DNA from: Treponemataceae bacterium
Lineage (GTDB): Bacteria; Spirochaetota; Spirochaetia; Treponematales; Rectinemataceae
Reading direction: 5' to 3'
DNA: 64,000 nt
Assembly: GCA_963678065.2 (NCBI GenBank)
Contig: CAXXVZ010000005.1
Coordinates: 256,001 to 320,000, forward strand
In this document: positions 30,701-46,003 of the stretch, in pieces
How positions within the stretch are numbered: position 1 is the first letter of the stretch
How the letters are laid out: each line of letters begins with the position of its first letter
Translations under genes and position numbers: made by a program
Notes under the pieces: generated by a model
What the model saw: the letters and a program-made list of their open reading frames with translations, nothing else
The model's database searches: none
Told to the model about the DNA's origin: nothing

Positions 30701-31143
30701 AATGGGACCGGGTCCGCTGGTTCGGCCTCGGCCCTCATGAAGCCTACAGCGACCGGAAAGCCGGAGTGCACGTCGGATGCTGGAGTTCCGACATCGCCTC
30801 ACTCACTGTCCCCTACATCATGCCCCAGGAAAACGGAAACAGGACCCAGACGCGCTGGCTCGAACTCTCCTCGTCGACGCGGCCGGAACTCGGCCCTGTC
30901 CTTCTGTCCGCGGACAGGCTCTTCGACTTCGGCATTTCGCCCTGGACGGACCGGGAGCTCCGCGCCGTCAGACATTTCGACCGGCTGGAGCCGGCGCACG
31001 AAGCGCTGAAGAGAGGGGCGATTCTCCACATCGACATCGCGCAGCGCGGGCTGGGAACGGCGAGCTGTGGGCCCGACACTCTGGAACGGTACCGGATCAG
31101 GCCCGGCATCCACTCCATCCTCCTGGAAATCGTCGCCGGCTGA
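27760..31143 (+). CDS. lacZ: Beta-galactosidase, GH2 (LacZ-like)
   Basis: GANRHEH, NAVRTSHYP, WSLGNE (acid/base), MCEYSHAMGNS (nucleophile), GGFIWEW, Bgal_small_N-like C-terminus. Confidence 0.9.
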   Translation: MTNPFDSPNPWEQPGLSSKSRLPMHGPEYPFPEAAAARLDAAGGPKSRDAGGLPAGNPWVMCLDGNWNFRLADNPGALPPGATDPGLEDSAWSLIRVPGSWSLQGFDRPHYTNVVMPFGNVPPSSPAHNPTGIYRRRFDLPEVWKGRRVVLKVGSAESFLGVYLNGREIGFSKDSRLPAEFDLTAAISESENLLVLVVARYSDSSFVEDQDQWWLGGLHRSVALYSTDSVWIADIDARAVPVSPGANSLVDAAGRAAAGHVQLQVKLGFAFDPAAADLPPGAAPTDYAGPATGYARPRGDYTVRASLFDSEDLFQAAPLSSGNLPTDARNVAKAVGTATMSIGRYYRASRWEGSLCIPVDRPAVWSHENPALYTLVLSLVDPEGRTIEHRALRLGFRTVEVADRALLINGKRVLIRGANRHEHDERTGKTLSTAGMVRDIELLKRHNFNAVRTSHYPNDERWYDLCDEYGIYLVDEANIESHAYYDHLCRDQRWLSAFMERGSRMVLRDRNHPSVIAWSLGNESGCGPNHEALAAWIRSVDPTRPIHYEGAVRQEWGQGPYDLESLKRGRAATDIVAPMYPPIDLIAEWDRTTDDDRPLIMCEYSHAMGNSNGSLGDYWEAIEKSRGLQGGFIWEWADHGILVGPGGADTPSCSVPPGRAAKAWRYGGDFGDTPSDLDFVLDGLVFPDRSVKPAMAECAKLFQPLRCSSADPRSGIVTIENRRDFSGLEDLELRWSVVSSDPDFPDLSTLPFSPATEERADARKSPARAENGSVSSGIACLPRIAPGEKAAIRIGLPADEGFRLILSASECFLTLEFALKEPSSWAPAGHVVAWEQFRLSPPAPVRIVSNRARTAAGESGTALPGAFALTAFEPCLFRTPTQNDGLLNFVPLRGIPDFSFYYTNKAMYGWLDSGLDGIKVEESGEASGGSRIVNAEGRKIGRFSSSSRSHGGQSYLAFRFDLEPDLPELARVGLACRIAPEWDRVRWFGLGPHEAYSDRKAGVHVGCWSSDIASLTVPYIMPQENGNRTQTRWLELSSSTRPELGPVLLSADRLFDFGISPWTDRELRAVRHFDRLEPAHEALKRGAILHIDIAQRGLGTASCGPDTLERYRIRPGIHSILLEIVAG

Positions 31144-31149
31144 ACGCCT

Positions 31150-32083
31150 TTAGTGCCCGCTCATCGAACAGGATTTCACGACGCGGTTCCGTCCCTCGGC
31201 CTTCGCCTTGTAGAGGGCGACATCGGCCTCCCTGACCAGATCCTCGGGGGGGACATCGCCCGCTCCGCAGGTGATGCCGATGCTGACCGACACCGGAATC
31301 TCCCCGGCGCGGGTCTCGAAGGGCTTTGAGCAGATGGCGAGCCGGAGGCGCTCCCAGAATTTGTCGTCGGGATCGCAGTCCGAGACGATGACGAGGAACT
31401 CTTCTCCGCCGTAGCGCCCGACGGTGTCGTAGACTCTGAGGACTTCCTCGCAGCGCCGCGCGAAGATGACGAGGACCTCGTCGCCCACCGCGTGTCCGTA
31501 GGTGTCGTTGACGCGCTTGAACAGATCTATGTCCATCATGGCCACACCGACGTGGGAACCATCCCGGCAGGTTCTCGCCAACTCCTTGCGCAGGGTCCTG
31601 CCGAGCGATGCCCTGTTTGCGAGGCCCGTCAGCGGGTCCGTGCTCGCCTCGGTGGCGAGACGCTCCTGCAGCCCAAGAACCCGCTCGGCGACGCGTATCC
31701 GCGCGAGGAGTTCTCCGGGCTTGAAAGGCTTGGAGAGGTAATCATTGGCGCCTTTGTTGAGTCCCTCGATGAGGTGGCCTTCGTCGCCCAGCGAAGTGAG
31801 CATGATGATGTATGGCGGCTGGTCGGCCTCGATTTCGCGGATTTTCACGCAGACCTCGATGCCATCCAAGCCCGGCATGACCCAGTCCAGAATGGCGAGA
31901 CGGGGCGCGTCGGGTTTCCGCATGGCATCCCAGGCCTCGTTCCCGTCCCTCGTCGGGATGACCTCGAATCCGTTTTTCCTCAGGATGGAAACGAGGATGG
32001 TCCTGGAAGTGAGATCGTCCTCAGCCACCACTATCCGTGTGGGTTTTTTCCCCGCAAGTCCGCTTCCTGTCGCGATAGTCGCA

Positions 32084-32094
<11 letters not shown>
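31150..32094 (-). CDS. REC-GGDEF diguanylate cyclase response regulator
   Basis: AEDD/LDWVMP/KP receiver; RVYD I-site followed by GGEEF. Confidence 0.92.
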
Positions 32095-37347
<5,253 letters not shown>

Positions 37348-37351
<4 letters not shown>

Positions 37352-39072
37352 GCCCTCTCCCCTGTGCCTGCCCCTGTGGTCATCGGTTCATTATAGGCTC
37401 GCCAGGAGGGCGAGTCCATGTTGGCTCCGACGAAAAAGGCCGCGTGGTTCGAGGTGAAAAGCGGCGGCGTCCTCGCGAGGATGGACCGTATCGCTGGAGA
37501 GGCGCCCATATCCCGTTTCAGGAAGGCGCGCACGGCATCCCTGTTCCATCCGGCTGGATGGACGAAGTCGCAATACAAGGAGAGATCCCCCTCGTAGAAC
37601 GAGAGCGTGGAGTGGTTTCGCGCCTCTTCGCCGGATGCGGGCATGTTGAAGATCGCGGCGTTGATGAAGCCGATCCGGTCCGCGCGGGATTCGAGGAAGT
37701 CCCGGGTGACGAGGGCCGATTCCCGCGTCTCCGCGGGTGTGCCGAAAAGTGCGTAGAGGTAGGTGCCGATGCCCGCGGCCTTAAGGTTGACGAGAATCGT
37801 GTCGATCTCCTCGATCCGCGTGCCTTTCCCGAGGGCGTCGAGGACGGACTGCTCCCCCGACTCGAGCCCGAGCTGCAGAAGGACACAGCCGGAACGGGCC
37901 AGGGCGCGGCAGAACCCGGAATCCGTAAGTTCGCGGGAAAACCGCGCGAAGCCGTACCAGGGAGCGCCGGGAGGCTCCGCGGCGAGTGCCCGGAGCCAGG
38001 CTGGAGCTATCTCGTTGTCGGTGAAGTGGAAGAGTCGGGGGCTGTATCTGGCCGCGAGCTCCCGCAGATGGCCGGCCGCTGCCGCGGGGGGAATGCCGCG
38101 GAAGGGGTTGTCCTCGGCCTTTTCCGGGCAGAAGGTGCAGCGCTTCCAGGGGCAGCCCGTGGAAAAGCTGTAGGGGATCGTGCGTCCGGGCGAGAAATAG
38201 CTGTCCAGGGGAAAATCCTCGTACGAGGGACAGGCCGCGGGGAAAGGGGCGCCGGAGGTACTGCCGGGGGCGTTGCCGGAATCGCCGGGGGCGGCGCTGG
38301 CGGAGGTCAGACCGGCGAGGTAGCCGGGAAGGGATTCCTCGCCCGGCCCGGGAAGGAAGGCGTCGACGAGGCCGCCGAAGCCAGCGCCGACGCCGGCGTC
38401 GATACGTCCCTGCCGGACCCAGGAGGTGACGAGTCCCCCGCCCATGACGATGCCGATCTTCGGGTGTTTAGCCCTGAGCCACCCCGCGATGGCGAAAGAG
38501 ACCAGGGCCTGACTCAGGAAAACGAGAGAGATGCCGACGGTCCGCGCGGGGAATGCCGCGAGCGTCTCGTCGATGCGCCTCGAGAAAAGGGGAAAAAAGA
38601 CATTGTCCTCATGCTCGCGGGCCGAGCGGAGAAGGTCCGCCGACTTGACCGGCGAAAGGAGCGTATCCTGGTAATCGGTCATGGTCAGGGTGGCAAAGGG
38701 CACTGAGCCGCGACTGCCCTCTGCCCTGGCCGCAGCCCCGACTGATGTCCGGGCAGTGGCCAGGGCAGCGGCCTTGAGGACCCGGTTCAGGTCGAGGACG
38801 GCGCGCACATAGCTGTCGAAGTTGCGGTATCCTGCCGGGTCGCGCAGGAGGGCGAGGCTGCGCTCCCGCCGGGCGAGGGCGCCCTTCGTCCATGTATCCG
38901 CAGTCAGGTTTCCGGCCACCCCGGAATCGGGGCCGAGAAGCCAGTCGAAGCCCTCCTGGTTGAGGTCGAGACAGCGGACGGGCTCGCCGGCAGCGCGCAG
39001 GCTTCCGGCGAGCCGGGCAAGGCCGGGAGGCGGTTCGGTGCTCCGCGCGACGGGCGGATAGATGAGGAGCAT
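37348..39072 (-). CDS. Radical SAM protein with N-terminal B12-binding-like region
   Basis: [10 protein letters not shown] cluster motif, [19 protein letters not shown]. Confidence 0.82.
37390..37418 (-). promoter_or_regulatory. Internal promoter for the kinase, inside the 3' end of the radical SAM gene
   Basis: TGGACT-17 nt-TATAAT. Confidence 0.5.
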
Positions 39073-39121
39073 GGAAAACGATACTACCAAGCCCCGCGCG
39101 AAAGGTCTATGATCGATATAT

Positions 39122-40129
39122 ATGGAAAGAATCGTGACCTCGACTGTCCTCCCGAAAGACGGAGGCCTGCCTCTTCTCGTCTGGCTCGCGGAACGATTCC
39201 GCTACTGCGACGCTCCTGCCTGGGCTTCCCTCATCGGGGAAGGCCACCTTGAGGTGAACGGCGCGCCCGCAGAGGCCGGAACCATCCTCGCTGCGGGCGA
39301 CAAGGTCCGCTTCGCGCCCGATTCTTTCGAAGAGCCCGAGGTCGACACGGCGATCAGGACCGCTTACGAGAACGCGGACTTTCTCGTACTCGACAAGCCC
39401 GCGAACCTGCCCTGTCATCCAGGCGGCCGCTATTTCGCCAACACCCTCTGGGGCATCATGAAAAAGGAGGGAGAATCCTTCCACATCGCGACGAGGCTCG
39501 ACAGGGAGACCTCGGGTCTCCTCCTCGTCTGCAAGACCGCCGGGGCCAACCGCCACGCGCGCGAACTGCAGCGGGAAGGCCTCATCGACAAGCGCTACCT
39601 CGTGGCCGTCCACGGAGATTTTCCCGACCGGCTCGAGGCGAAGGGTTTCCTCGTTCACGACAGCCGGAGCGTCGTCAGGAAAAAGAGGCGCTTCGTCGCC
39701 GCGGCTGTGGAAACGGAAGGAAGGCCCGCGGGGGGCGACGATCCGCGGTTCCCCGACGCCAGCGCCGCCGGAAGGAACCCGACGGAGGACGGAGAGAGCT
39801 GCGAAACCTCCTTTGTCCGCATGAAAAAAGAGGCGGGTTTCAGCCTCGTCGAGGCGAAGCTCGCGACGGGCCGCAACCACCAGATCAGGGCGACCATGTC
39901 CAGTCTGGGATATCCCGTCGTGGGCGACAAACTGTACGGCCTCGACGAAGAATTTTTCATTCGCTTCCTCGAGGGGAGGCTTTCCCTCACCGACACCGAA
40001 GCCCTCATCCTGCCGAACCAGGCCCTCCACAGCGCATCGCTCTCCTTTCCGGGACTGCGCGGAGAGACCATAAGCCTGCGCTCGGATCCGCCCTGGCCCT
40101 TTCCTCCCCGAAGGGAAAGGCCTGAATGA
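39122..40129 (+). CDS. RluA-family pseudouridine synthase
   Basis: DKPANLPCHP, TRLDRETSG, TGRNHQIR, GDKLYG, LHS. Confidence 0.92.
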   Translation: MERIVTSTVLPKDGGLPLLVWLAERFRYCDAPAWASLIGEGHLEVNGAPAEAGTILAAGDKVRFAPDSFEEPEVDTAIRTAYENADFLVLDKPANLPCHPGGRYFANTLWGIMKKEGESFHIATRLDRETSGLLLVCKTAGANRHARELQREGLIDKRYLVAVHGDFPDRLEAKGFLVHDSRSVVRKKRRFVAAAVETEGRPAGGDDPRFPDASAAGRNPTEDGESCETSFVRMKKEAGFSLVEAKLATGRNHQIRATMSSLGYPVVGDKLYGLDEEFFIRFLEGRLSLTDTEALILPNQALHSASLSFPGLRGETISLRSDPPWPFPPRRERPE

Positions 40130-40151
40130 CGAACGACCCGCGGAGGCATCC

Positions 40152-40943
40152 ATGAAGGCCCGGTCCGGCATCGTCGACCCGGAAGACATACTCCTCCTCG
40201 CATCCGACGCGGCGAGGCTCATGCTCGAGAGCGGAGGCGAGACCTACCGCGCGGAAGAGACGGCCGAGGCCATCTCCTCCGGCCTCGGCGGCGTCGAGAC
40301 AGAGTGCTTCGCCATCCCGACGGGAATCGTGCTGTCCTTCGCGGGGCCGGACGGCCGGATAAGGTCCATCGTCCGCCGCGTCAAGAAGCGCTCCATGAAT
40401 CTGGAAAAAGTGGCCCGGCTCGACGCCATGGCCCGCGATCTGCAGGGCGGCAGGCTGGACTACGCGGGAGCGGCCGCCTCCCTCGAAGCCACCGAACGCC
40501 TCGCGGAGAGGCCTCTGTGGGTGCAGCTGCTCGCGGCCGCCGCGACTGCGGGATTCTTCACCCTCCTCTTCGGGGGCAGCTGGAACGAGGGGCTCGTCGC
40601 CGCGCTCCTCGGCGCCATCCTCTCCCGCGGCGTCAAGTGGCTCACGCATCTCAGGCTGCCCGACTTTCTCATCAACCTCGCGGGAGGGGCCGTCGTCACC
40701 CTGGCGAGTCTCGCTGTCAACAGGATGGGGTTGATAGACAGGGTCGATCTGACCGTCATCGGCACCATCATGCTCCTCGTTCCGGGCGTGGCGATCACGA
40801 ACGCCATCAGGGACACCATCGCCGGCGATCTCGTGGCCGGACTCGCCCGCGGAGCCGACGCATTCACCGCGGCGGCGGCAATCTCCGCCGGCGCGGGCGG
40901 GGCCACCGCACTCTGGCGGCTCCTGACGGGGGGACGGGCATGA
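40152..40943 (+). CDS. Threonine/serine exporter family protein (ThrE/YjjP-like)
   Basis: ESGGETYRAEET, LLVPGVAITNAIRD. Confidence 0.88.
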   Translation: MKARSGIVDPEDILLLASDAARLMLESGGETYRAEETAEAISSGLGGVETECFAIPTGIVLSFAGPDGRIRSIVRRVKKRSMNLEKVARLDAMARDLQGGRLDYAGAAASLEATERLAERPLWVQLLAAAATAGFFTLLFGGSWNEGLVAALLGAILSRGVKWLTHLRLPDFLINLAGGAVVTLASLAVNRMGLIDRVDLTVIGTIMLLVPGVAITNAIRDTIAGDLVAGLARGADAFTAAAAISAGAGGATALWRLLTGGRA

Positions 40944-41380
40944 ACGCGCCGGGAATCTTCCAGAATCCGCTTCTCGCGCCTCTCTGGGCAGCTCTTGCCA
41001 CCTTCGGCTTCGCGACCCTCTTCGGTCTGGGGATCAGGGATTTACTTCTCGTCGCGGCGGGAGCAGCGCTAGGCTGGGCTGTCTCCGTGCCCGTGGCGAA
41101 CGTCACCGGGTCGGTCTCGCTCGGCGCATTCGCCGCCTCCGCGGTCATCGGTTTCTGGGGCGAGGCGATGTCAGCCATCACGAAACGCCCCGCCACGGTC
41201 TATACGGTCTGCGCCATCCTCCCCCTCGTGCCCGGCGGCGGGATGTACTACACCATGCTCGAGACGATCAACGGGGCGATCTGGAGTTCTTTCGAGATCG
41301 GGCTGCAGACCATGAAGACGGCGGGCGCGATAGCGGCGGGACTGGCCGCCTCGAGCGCCATCGCGCGGATCATCAAATAA
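40940..41380 (+). CDS. Threonine/serine exporter small partner (YjjB-like)
   Basis: ATGA overlap with the upstream gene; ILPLVPGGGMY. Confidence 0.85.
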   Translation: MNAPGIFQNPLLAPLWAALATFGFATLFGLGIRDLLLVAAGAALGWAVSVPVANVTGSVSLGAFAASAVIGFWGEAMSAITKRPATVYTVCAILPLVPGGGMYYTMLETINGAIWSSFEIGLQTMKTAGAIAAGLAASSAIARIIK

Positions 41381-41434
41381 TGCCAAGTCGGAGGTAGGCC
41401 TCCCGGAATCCCGTGTTATAATCGGCCACGCCCC

Positions 41435-42172
41435 ATGAACCGCATAATCATCTACGGCGACATCCACGGCTGTGTCGAGGAATGGACAGCACTGCGCAGG
41501 CGCCTCTCTCCGGATACGGGCGACCTCGAAATAGCAGTGGGCGACCTCGTCGACCGCGGCCCGGATTCCCTCGCCTGCATCCGTCTGGCGAAAGAATCCG
41601 GCATCACCTGCATCCGCGGCAATCACGAGCATGTCTATATCCGCTACGCCCGGCACGAAGAGAACAGGCGCATCCACGGAAAGCGTAACCCGATGATCCT
41701 CGCACCGGAAAAAGCCGATCTCTTCGGAACCTTCGAGTCCTCCGACCTGGGCTGGCTCGACAATCTGCCGCTCTACCTCCACATCGGGGCGCTCACCGTG
41801 GTCCATGGCGGCGTGTTGCCCCGCCTCAACCTGGGCCCCGCCACCCCGCGCCACATACTCGAAATCTGTCTGTGGATCCGCAATCTCGACGAGAGGGACA
41901 AGCCGGTCGGGCTCGGCGACCCGCGCAGCTGCCTGCGCTGGTCCGACAGGTACACAGGAACGAGCGGCTACGTGGTCTACGGGCACGAACCCTTCGAGAA
42001 GCCGAGAGTGCGCATGGACTCGCTCGGAATCGACACGGGATGCGTTTTCGGGGGAAGCCTGACCGCCGCCATCTTCGAGCGCGACGAAAAGGGTTTGCCC
42101 CTTCCCCTCTACTCGATCGTTTCGGAGCCCTGCCATCAGAGATCCGGATACGCCGAGCGCCTGGAGGAATGA
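41435..42172 (+). CDS. Metallophosphoesterase (ApaH/PrpE-like)
   Basis: GDIHG, GDLVDRG, GNHE, VHGG, YGH, IDTGC. Confidence 0.9.
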   Translation: MNRIIIYGDIHGCVEEWTALRRRLSPDTGDLEIAVGDLVDRGPDSLACIRLAKESGITCIRGNHEHVYIRYARHEENRRIHGKRNPMILAPEKADLFGTFESSDLGWLDNLPLYLHIGALTVVHGGVLPRLNLGPATPRHILEICLWIRNLDERDKPVGLGDPRSCLRWSDRYTGTSGYVVYGHEPFEKPRVRMDSLGIDTGCVFGGSLTAAIFERDEKGLPLPLYSIVSEPCHQRSGYAERLEE

Positions 42173-42248
42173 GGGGAGTAATAGGGGTCCGACGCTCAGG
42201 GATCCTCGAGGAGTCCGGATAGTCCGGGACGACTCCCCTGAGGACCGT

Positions 42249-43106
42249 TCAGGCGTATTCGAGTACGCTGCCGGAGCCCAGCTCCCGCAGGTCGAGCCTG
42301 TGCGACAGCCCGATCTTGGCGGGAAGGTCGGTGCAGTGGCAGGCGTGGACGGTGCGGATGCCCTTCGATTCGAGGAAGGTGGCCGTCGCCTCGATTTTTG
42401 CCCGCCCCGCGCCGAGAAGGTGGAAACCGCCCACGATATCGAGGATGGGGGCGTCTCCGGAAAGCGAAATCGCCCTCTCCACGATGTTCGCGATGCCGGA
42501 GTGGGAACAGCCGGTCACAATGACGTGCCCGTCCCCGACAGCGCACAAAAGAGCGCTGTCGTCTTCCAGCGGATCGGGCATGACGTGCCGCTCGGAGGAT
42601 TCGGGAGAGCCGATCCGGAATCCGACGCTTCCGCCATCTGAGGCGTGGACGCGGGGGATCTGTCCCATGAAGGTGAGGCCGCCCCCGAGGTCCACGGGCC
42701 CCGTGGAGGGAAGGTACTCGAAGACATCCGCGAAGTCCTCGGGCAGGAAATCCGCGCCGATATCCTCGCCGTTCTCGAGGATCTTCGGGAGGAAGACCGC
42801 AGGATGGGCGACGAGGAGGGGTTTGGGCCGGCCTTCAGAGTCGGCGTCCGCGAGTGTCTCGCGCATGAGCAGCGCGAGCGCGGGCAGTCCGCGGGTGTGG
42901 TCGGCGTGCCCGTGGGAGAGGATCACCGCGTCGAGATCGGTGAGGTCGATACCGAGGCTTTCCGCGTTCCGCAAGAAGACATCCGAGTAGCCGGCGTCGA
43001 AGAGAACCCTCCGTCCCCTCGATTCGATGAAGTAAGAAACCGCCGGTTCACCAAGAAAATAGCGGTCGATGAGCGTGTTGTTGTCGGCCAGGACTGTCAG
43101 TTTCAT
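42249..43106 (-). CDS. MBL-fold metallo-hydrolase
   Basis: SHGHADH, GCSHSG, GGFHL, CHCT. Confidence 0.88.
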   Translation of the reverse strand: MKLTVLADNNTLIDRYFLGEPAVSYFIESRGRRVLFDAGYSDVFLRNAESLGIDLTDLDAVILSHGHADHTRGLPALALLMRETLADADSEGRPKPLLVAHPAVFLPKILENGEDIGADFLPEDFADVFEYLPSTGPVDLGGGLTFMGQIPRVHASDGGSVGFRIGSPESSERHVMPDPLEDDSALLCAVGDGHVIVTGCSHSGIANIVERAISLSGDAPILDIVGGFHLLGAGRAKIEATATFLESKGIRTVHACHCTDLPAKIGLSHRLDLRELGSGSVLEYA

Positions 43107-43171
43107 ACTTATAGTCTAGGTCATGCGGGGCGGATTGACCAGAGAGAATAGTCGATGCGAAACTCGTCACC

Positions 43172-44407
43172 ATGCCCATCGTCCAGAAAAAATTCAGTCT
43201 CCTGTATTCAGCCTTCTTCGCCATCTTCGCCCTGTTCGGCACATCCATCACGATTGTCGGGGCGACGCTGCCCAAAATACTCGCCGACTTCCGCTGGGAC
43301 TACGGGACAGCGGGTCTCGTCATGGCCGCGGGTGCCATAGGTTATTTCCTTTCCACATATATGGCTGGACGTCTCTTCGGCCCTCTTGGCCCGCGCGTTT
43401 CCATCGCGATCGGCCTTGTTCTCGACACGGTGGGACTCGCGCTCTTCGCCGCGGGCCCCTCGCCCCTTCTGAACCTCCTCATGTATTTCGCCGTCGGACT
43501 CGGACAGGGATTCATCGAGGTGACCATCAACTGGTCCGTCCTCCGCATGGAGAGCGGGGCAGAGGGCAACGCGGGCCGGGCGATGAGCCTCATGCACGGA
43601 TCCTTCGCGATCGGGGCGGTCGTCGGCCCCTTCATCCTCGGCTGGCTCATCTCGGCCGACCTTCCCTGGGTGGCGCTGTACAGGGGCATCGCGGTACTCT
43701 TTGGGCTCCTCCTCGTCTCGGTGGCCATCCTGCCTCTCGGGCTTCTCGGAAGGGAGGCGCCTATTCGCGGCACAAGCCACGAATCCCGGCGCAGTGGCTC
43801 CAAAAACCGGGCCGTCCCCGACGGACCCTCCCGACACCCCGCCTACTGGATCGGCTTCGTCGCCCTCCTCCTCTATGTCGGTGTCGAGCTCGGCATCTCG
43901 AATTGGGCGGCGGAATTTTTCGTGTCCGTTTTCGGCGCTTCCGCGGCCACAGGCAGCTTCATGGTCTCGCTGTTCTGGACGGGACTCCTCGCCGGACGCT
44001 TCGGGATTCCCGTGCTCGCCAGAAAAGTGAGCCAACAGAAGATACTGATCGCGATCTCGATCCTCCTCGTGGGATCGAGCAGCCTCCTCGCCCTCCTTGG
44101 CTTTCTGGGGCCGGCATTCCGGGTCCCGGGCTACATCCTTGTCTTTTTCTCGGGGCTCGGATGCTCCTCGATCTATCCCATCGTCGTGAGCATCGTGGGC
44201 GAAACCTTCCCCAAAGCCCAGGCGAAGGCGGTGAGCTTCGCCTCGACCGGCGGCGGTCTCGGGTCCTTCGCCTTCCCCTACCTCATGTCCGTGATCGCGG
44301 GCGGACTCGGAATCCGCTTCGGCTTCGCGGCCTACGCCGTGTTCGCGGTCGCATCCCTCCTCGCCTGCCGCGCGCTCATCGCGGCCTCGACGAGAGAGAG
44401 AGCCTGA
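43172..44407 (+). CDS. MFS transporter (fucose/glucose permease-like)
   Basis: About 12 TMs; LMHGSFAIGAVVGP, LYVGVE...W. Confidence 0.85.
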   Translation: MPIVQKKFSLLYSAFFAIFALFGTSITIVGATLPKILADFRWDYGTAGLVMAAGAIGYFLSTYMAGRLFGPLGPRVSIAIGLVLDTVGLALFAAGPSPLLNLLMYFAVGLGQGFIEVTINWSVLRMESGAEGNAGRAMSLMHGSFAIGAVVGPFILGWLISADLPWVALYRGIAVLFGLLLVSVAILPLGLLGREAPIRGTSHESRRSGSKNRAVPDGPSRHPAYWIGFVALLLYVGVELGISNWAAEFFVSVFGASAATGSFMVSLFWTGLLAGRFGIPVLARKVSQQKILIAISILLVGSSSLLALLGFLGPAFRVPGYILVFFSGLGCSSIYPIVVSIVGETFPKAQAKAVSFASTGGGLGSFAFPYLMSVIAGGLGIRFGFAAYAVFAVASLLACRALIAASTRERA

Positions 44408-44566
44408 TCGCGCCGGGCCACGCCACCCGCGCGGCCCCAGTCCCCGACGGGAGTGCCGCCAGCACCGATCCGGCCCGGATCAGGCTCGGCCCGGATCGGC
44501 ATTTCATCGATTCCGGCAAATTCCGCTTGCGCGATTCGAAAAACCGATTTATCCTGGCTTTGACCC

Positions 44567-44661
44567 GTTCGTGCACTCGCGTGCACGAACCAAATCTATA
44601 ATAAAAGCAACATACCCGCCGAGAGCGGGTAAAAAAATGCCGACCGTGCACCCGTGTGCAT
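44567..44661. promoter_or_regulatory. Two LacI-type operators flanking a TATAAT box
   Basis: GTTCGTGCAC-TCGC-GTGCACGAAC (44567-44590), GTGCAC-CCGT-GTGCAT (44646-44661), TATAAT at 44597-44602. Confidence 0.72.
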
Positions 44662-44697
44662 GATCTGGATCGGCGACGATACGCTTCGGGAGGCGCC

Positions 44698-45885
44698 ATG
44701 ATCGAGGGAGGACGGGCTACATCGGGCAGGAAGATCCTGCGCTACGGCATGGTCGGAGGCGGGCAGGGAGCGTTCATCGGGGAAGTCCACCGCAAGGCAA
44801 TAAGCCTCGACGGCTCGGCCGAGCTCGTCGCCGGCTGCTTTTCGCGCTCCTTGGAGAACACGCGGACCACAGGCGCGGCCCTCGGAATAGCTGAGGACAG
44901 GCTGTACGCCTCCTTCGCGGAGATGGCAGAGAAGGAGGCCGGGCGCAGGTCGGGCCCCGGGGCCGACGGCATCGATTTCGTCGTCATCGTGACACCCAAC
45001 GCGGCGCACTACGCCGCCGCGAAAGCTTTTCTCTCGCGCGGAATACACGTCGTCTGCGACAAGCCTCTCACCTTCGAGGTGGCCGAAGCCGAGGAACTCG
45101 CCCTCCTCGCGAAGCGCAACAGATGCCTGTTCTGCGTGACCTACACGTACACGGGCTACCCCGCCGTCAAACAGGCGCGCGAGATGGTGAGGCGCGGCGA
45201 CATCGGCGAGATCCGCTTCGTGAACGCGGAGTATCCCCAGGAATGGCTCGCGAATCCCATCGAGCGCGAGGGATCGAAACAGGCCGCCTGGCGCACCGAC
45301 CCCGCCCTCACAGGAAAATCGAACTGCGTGGGCGACATAGGCTCCCATGTCGAGAACATGGTCTCCTACGTGACGGGGCTGAAGATCGCCTCGCTGTGCG
45401 CGCGGCTCGACACCTTCGTCCCCGGGCGTCCCCTCGACGACAACGCGACCGTGATGCTCGAGTACGAGGGCGGGGCGAAGGGACTGTACTGGGCGAGTCA
45501 GGTGGCCGTCGGCTGCGACAACGGCCTGCGCTTCCGCGTCTTCGGCTCCAAAGGCAGCCTCTCCTGGTCCCAGGAAAACCCTAACTACCTCGCGGTTTCG
45601 CGCCTCGACGGACCCAACCAGACCTGGTCGCGCGGCCGCGACAGCTTCTATCCGGAAGCCCAGGCCTACAGCCGCATCCCCTCAGGCCACCCCGAAGGCT
45701 ACTTCGAGGCCTTCGCCAACATCTACAGGACCTTCGCGTCCGCCCTCTCGGCGGTGAAGGAAGGTCGCGCCCCGACGGAAGCGGAGCTCGATTTTCCGGG
45801 TGTCGAGGCGGGAATCGGCGGCGTGCGCTTCATCGGGAAATGCGTGGAGAGTTCGCACAAGGGCGCGGTCTGGGTCGATTTCTGA
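44698..45885 (+). CDS. Gfo/Idh/MocA family NAD-dependent oxidoreductase
   Basis: GMVGGGQGAFIG, VTPN..H, CDKP, GDIGSH, GHPEGY. Confidence 0.9.
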   Translation: MIEGGRATSGRKILRYGMVGGGQGAFIGEVHRKAISLDGSAELVAGCFSRSLENTRTTGAALGIAEDRLYASFAEMAEKEAGRRSGPGADGIDFVVIVTPNAAHYAAAKAFLSRGIHVVCDKPLTFEVAEAEELALLAKRNRCLFCVTYTYTGYPAVKQAREMVRRGDIGEIRFVNAEYPQEWLANPIEREGSKQAAWRTDPALTGKSNCVGDIGSHVENMVSYVTGLKIASLCARLDTFVPGRPLDDNATVMLEYEGGAKGLYWASQVAVGCDNGLRFRVFGSKGSLSWSQENPNYLAVSRLDGPNQTWSRGRDSFYPEAQAYSRIPSGHPEGYFEAFANIYRTFASALSAVKEGRAPTEAELDFPGVEAGIGGVRFIGKCVESSHKGAVWVDF

Positions 45886-46003
45886 GGGAAACCCGCGCAG
45901 GCAGGCGGGGCTCGGGGAGAGCCCAGGCCGGTATGGCGCCGAACAGGAGGGTCGCGACGGCCCAGGTGTACGGACGCGGCAAAACGATACGGAGGAGAGA
46001 GAT

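Noticed and set aside
38130..38160. Non-canonical Cx4Cx2C radical SAM motif as a novelty
   Set aside because: This spacing is common among B12-binding-type radical SAM proteins
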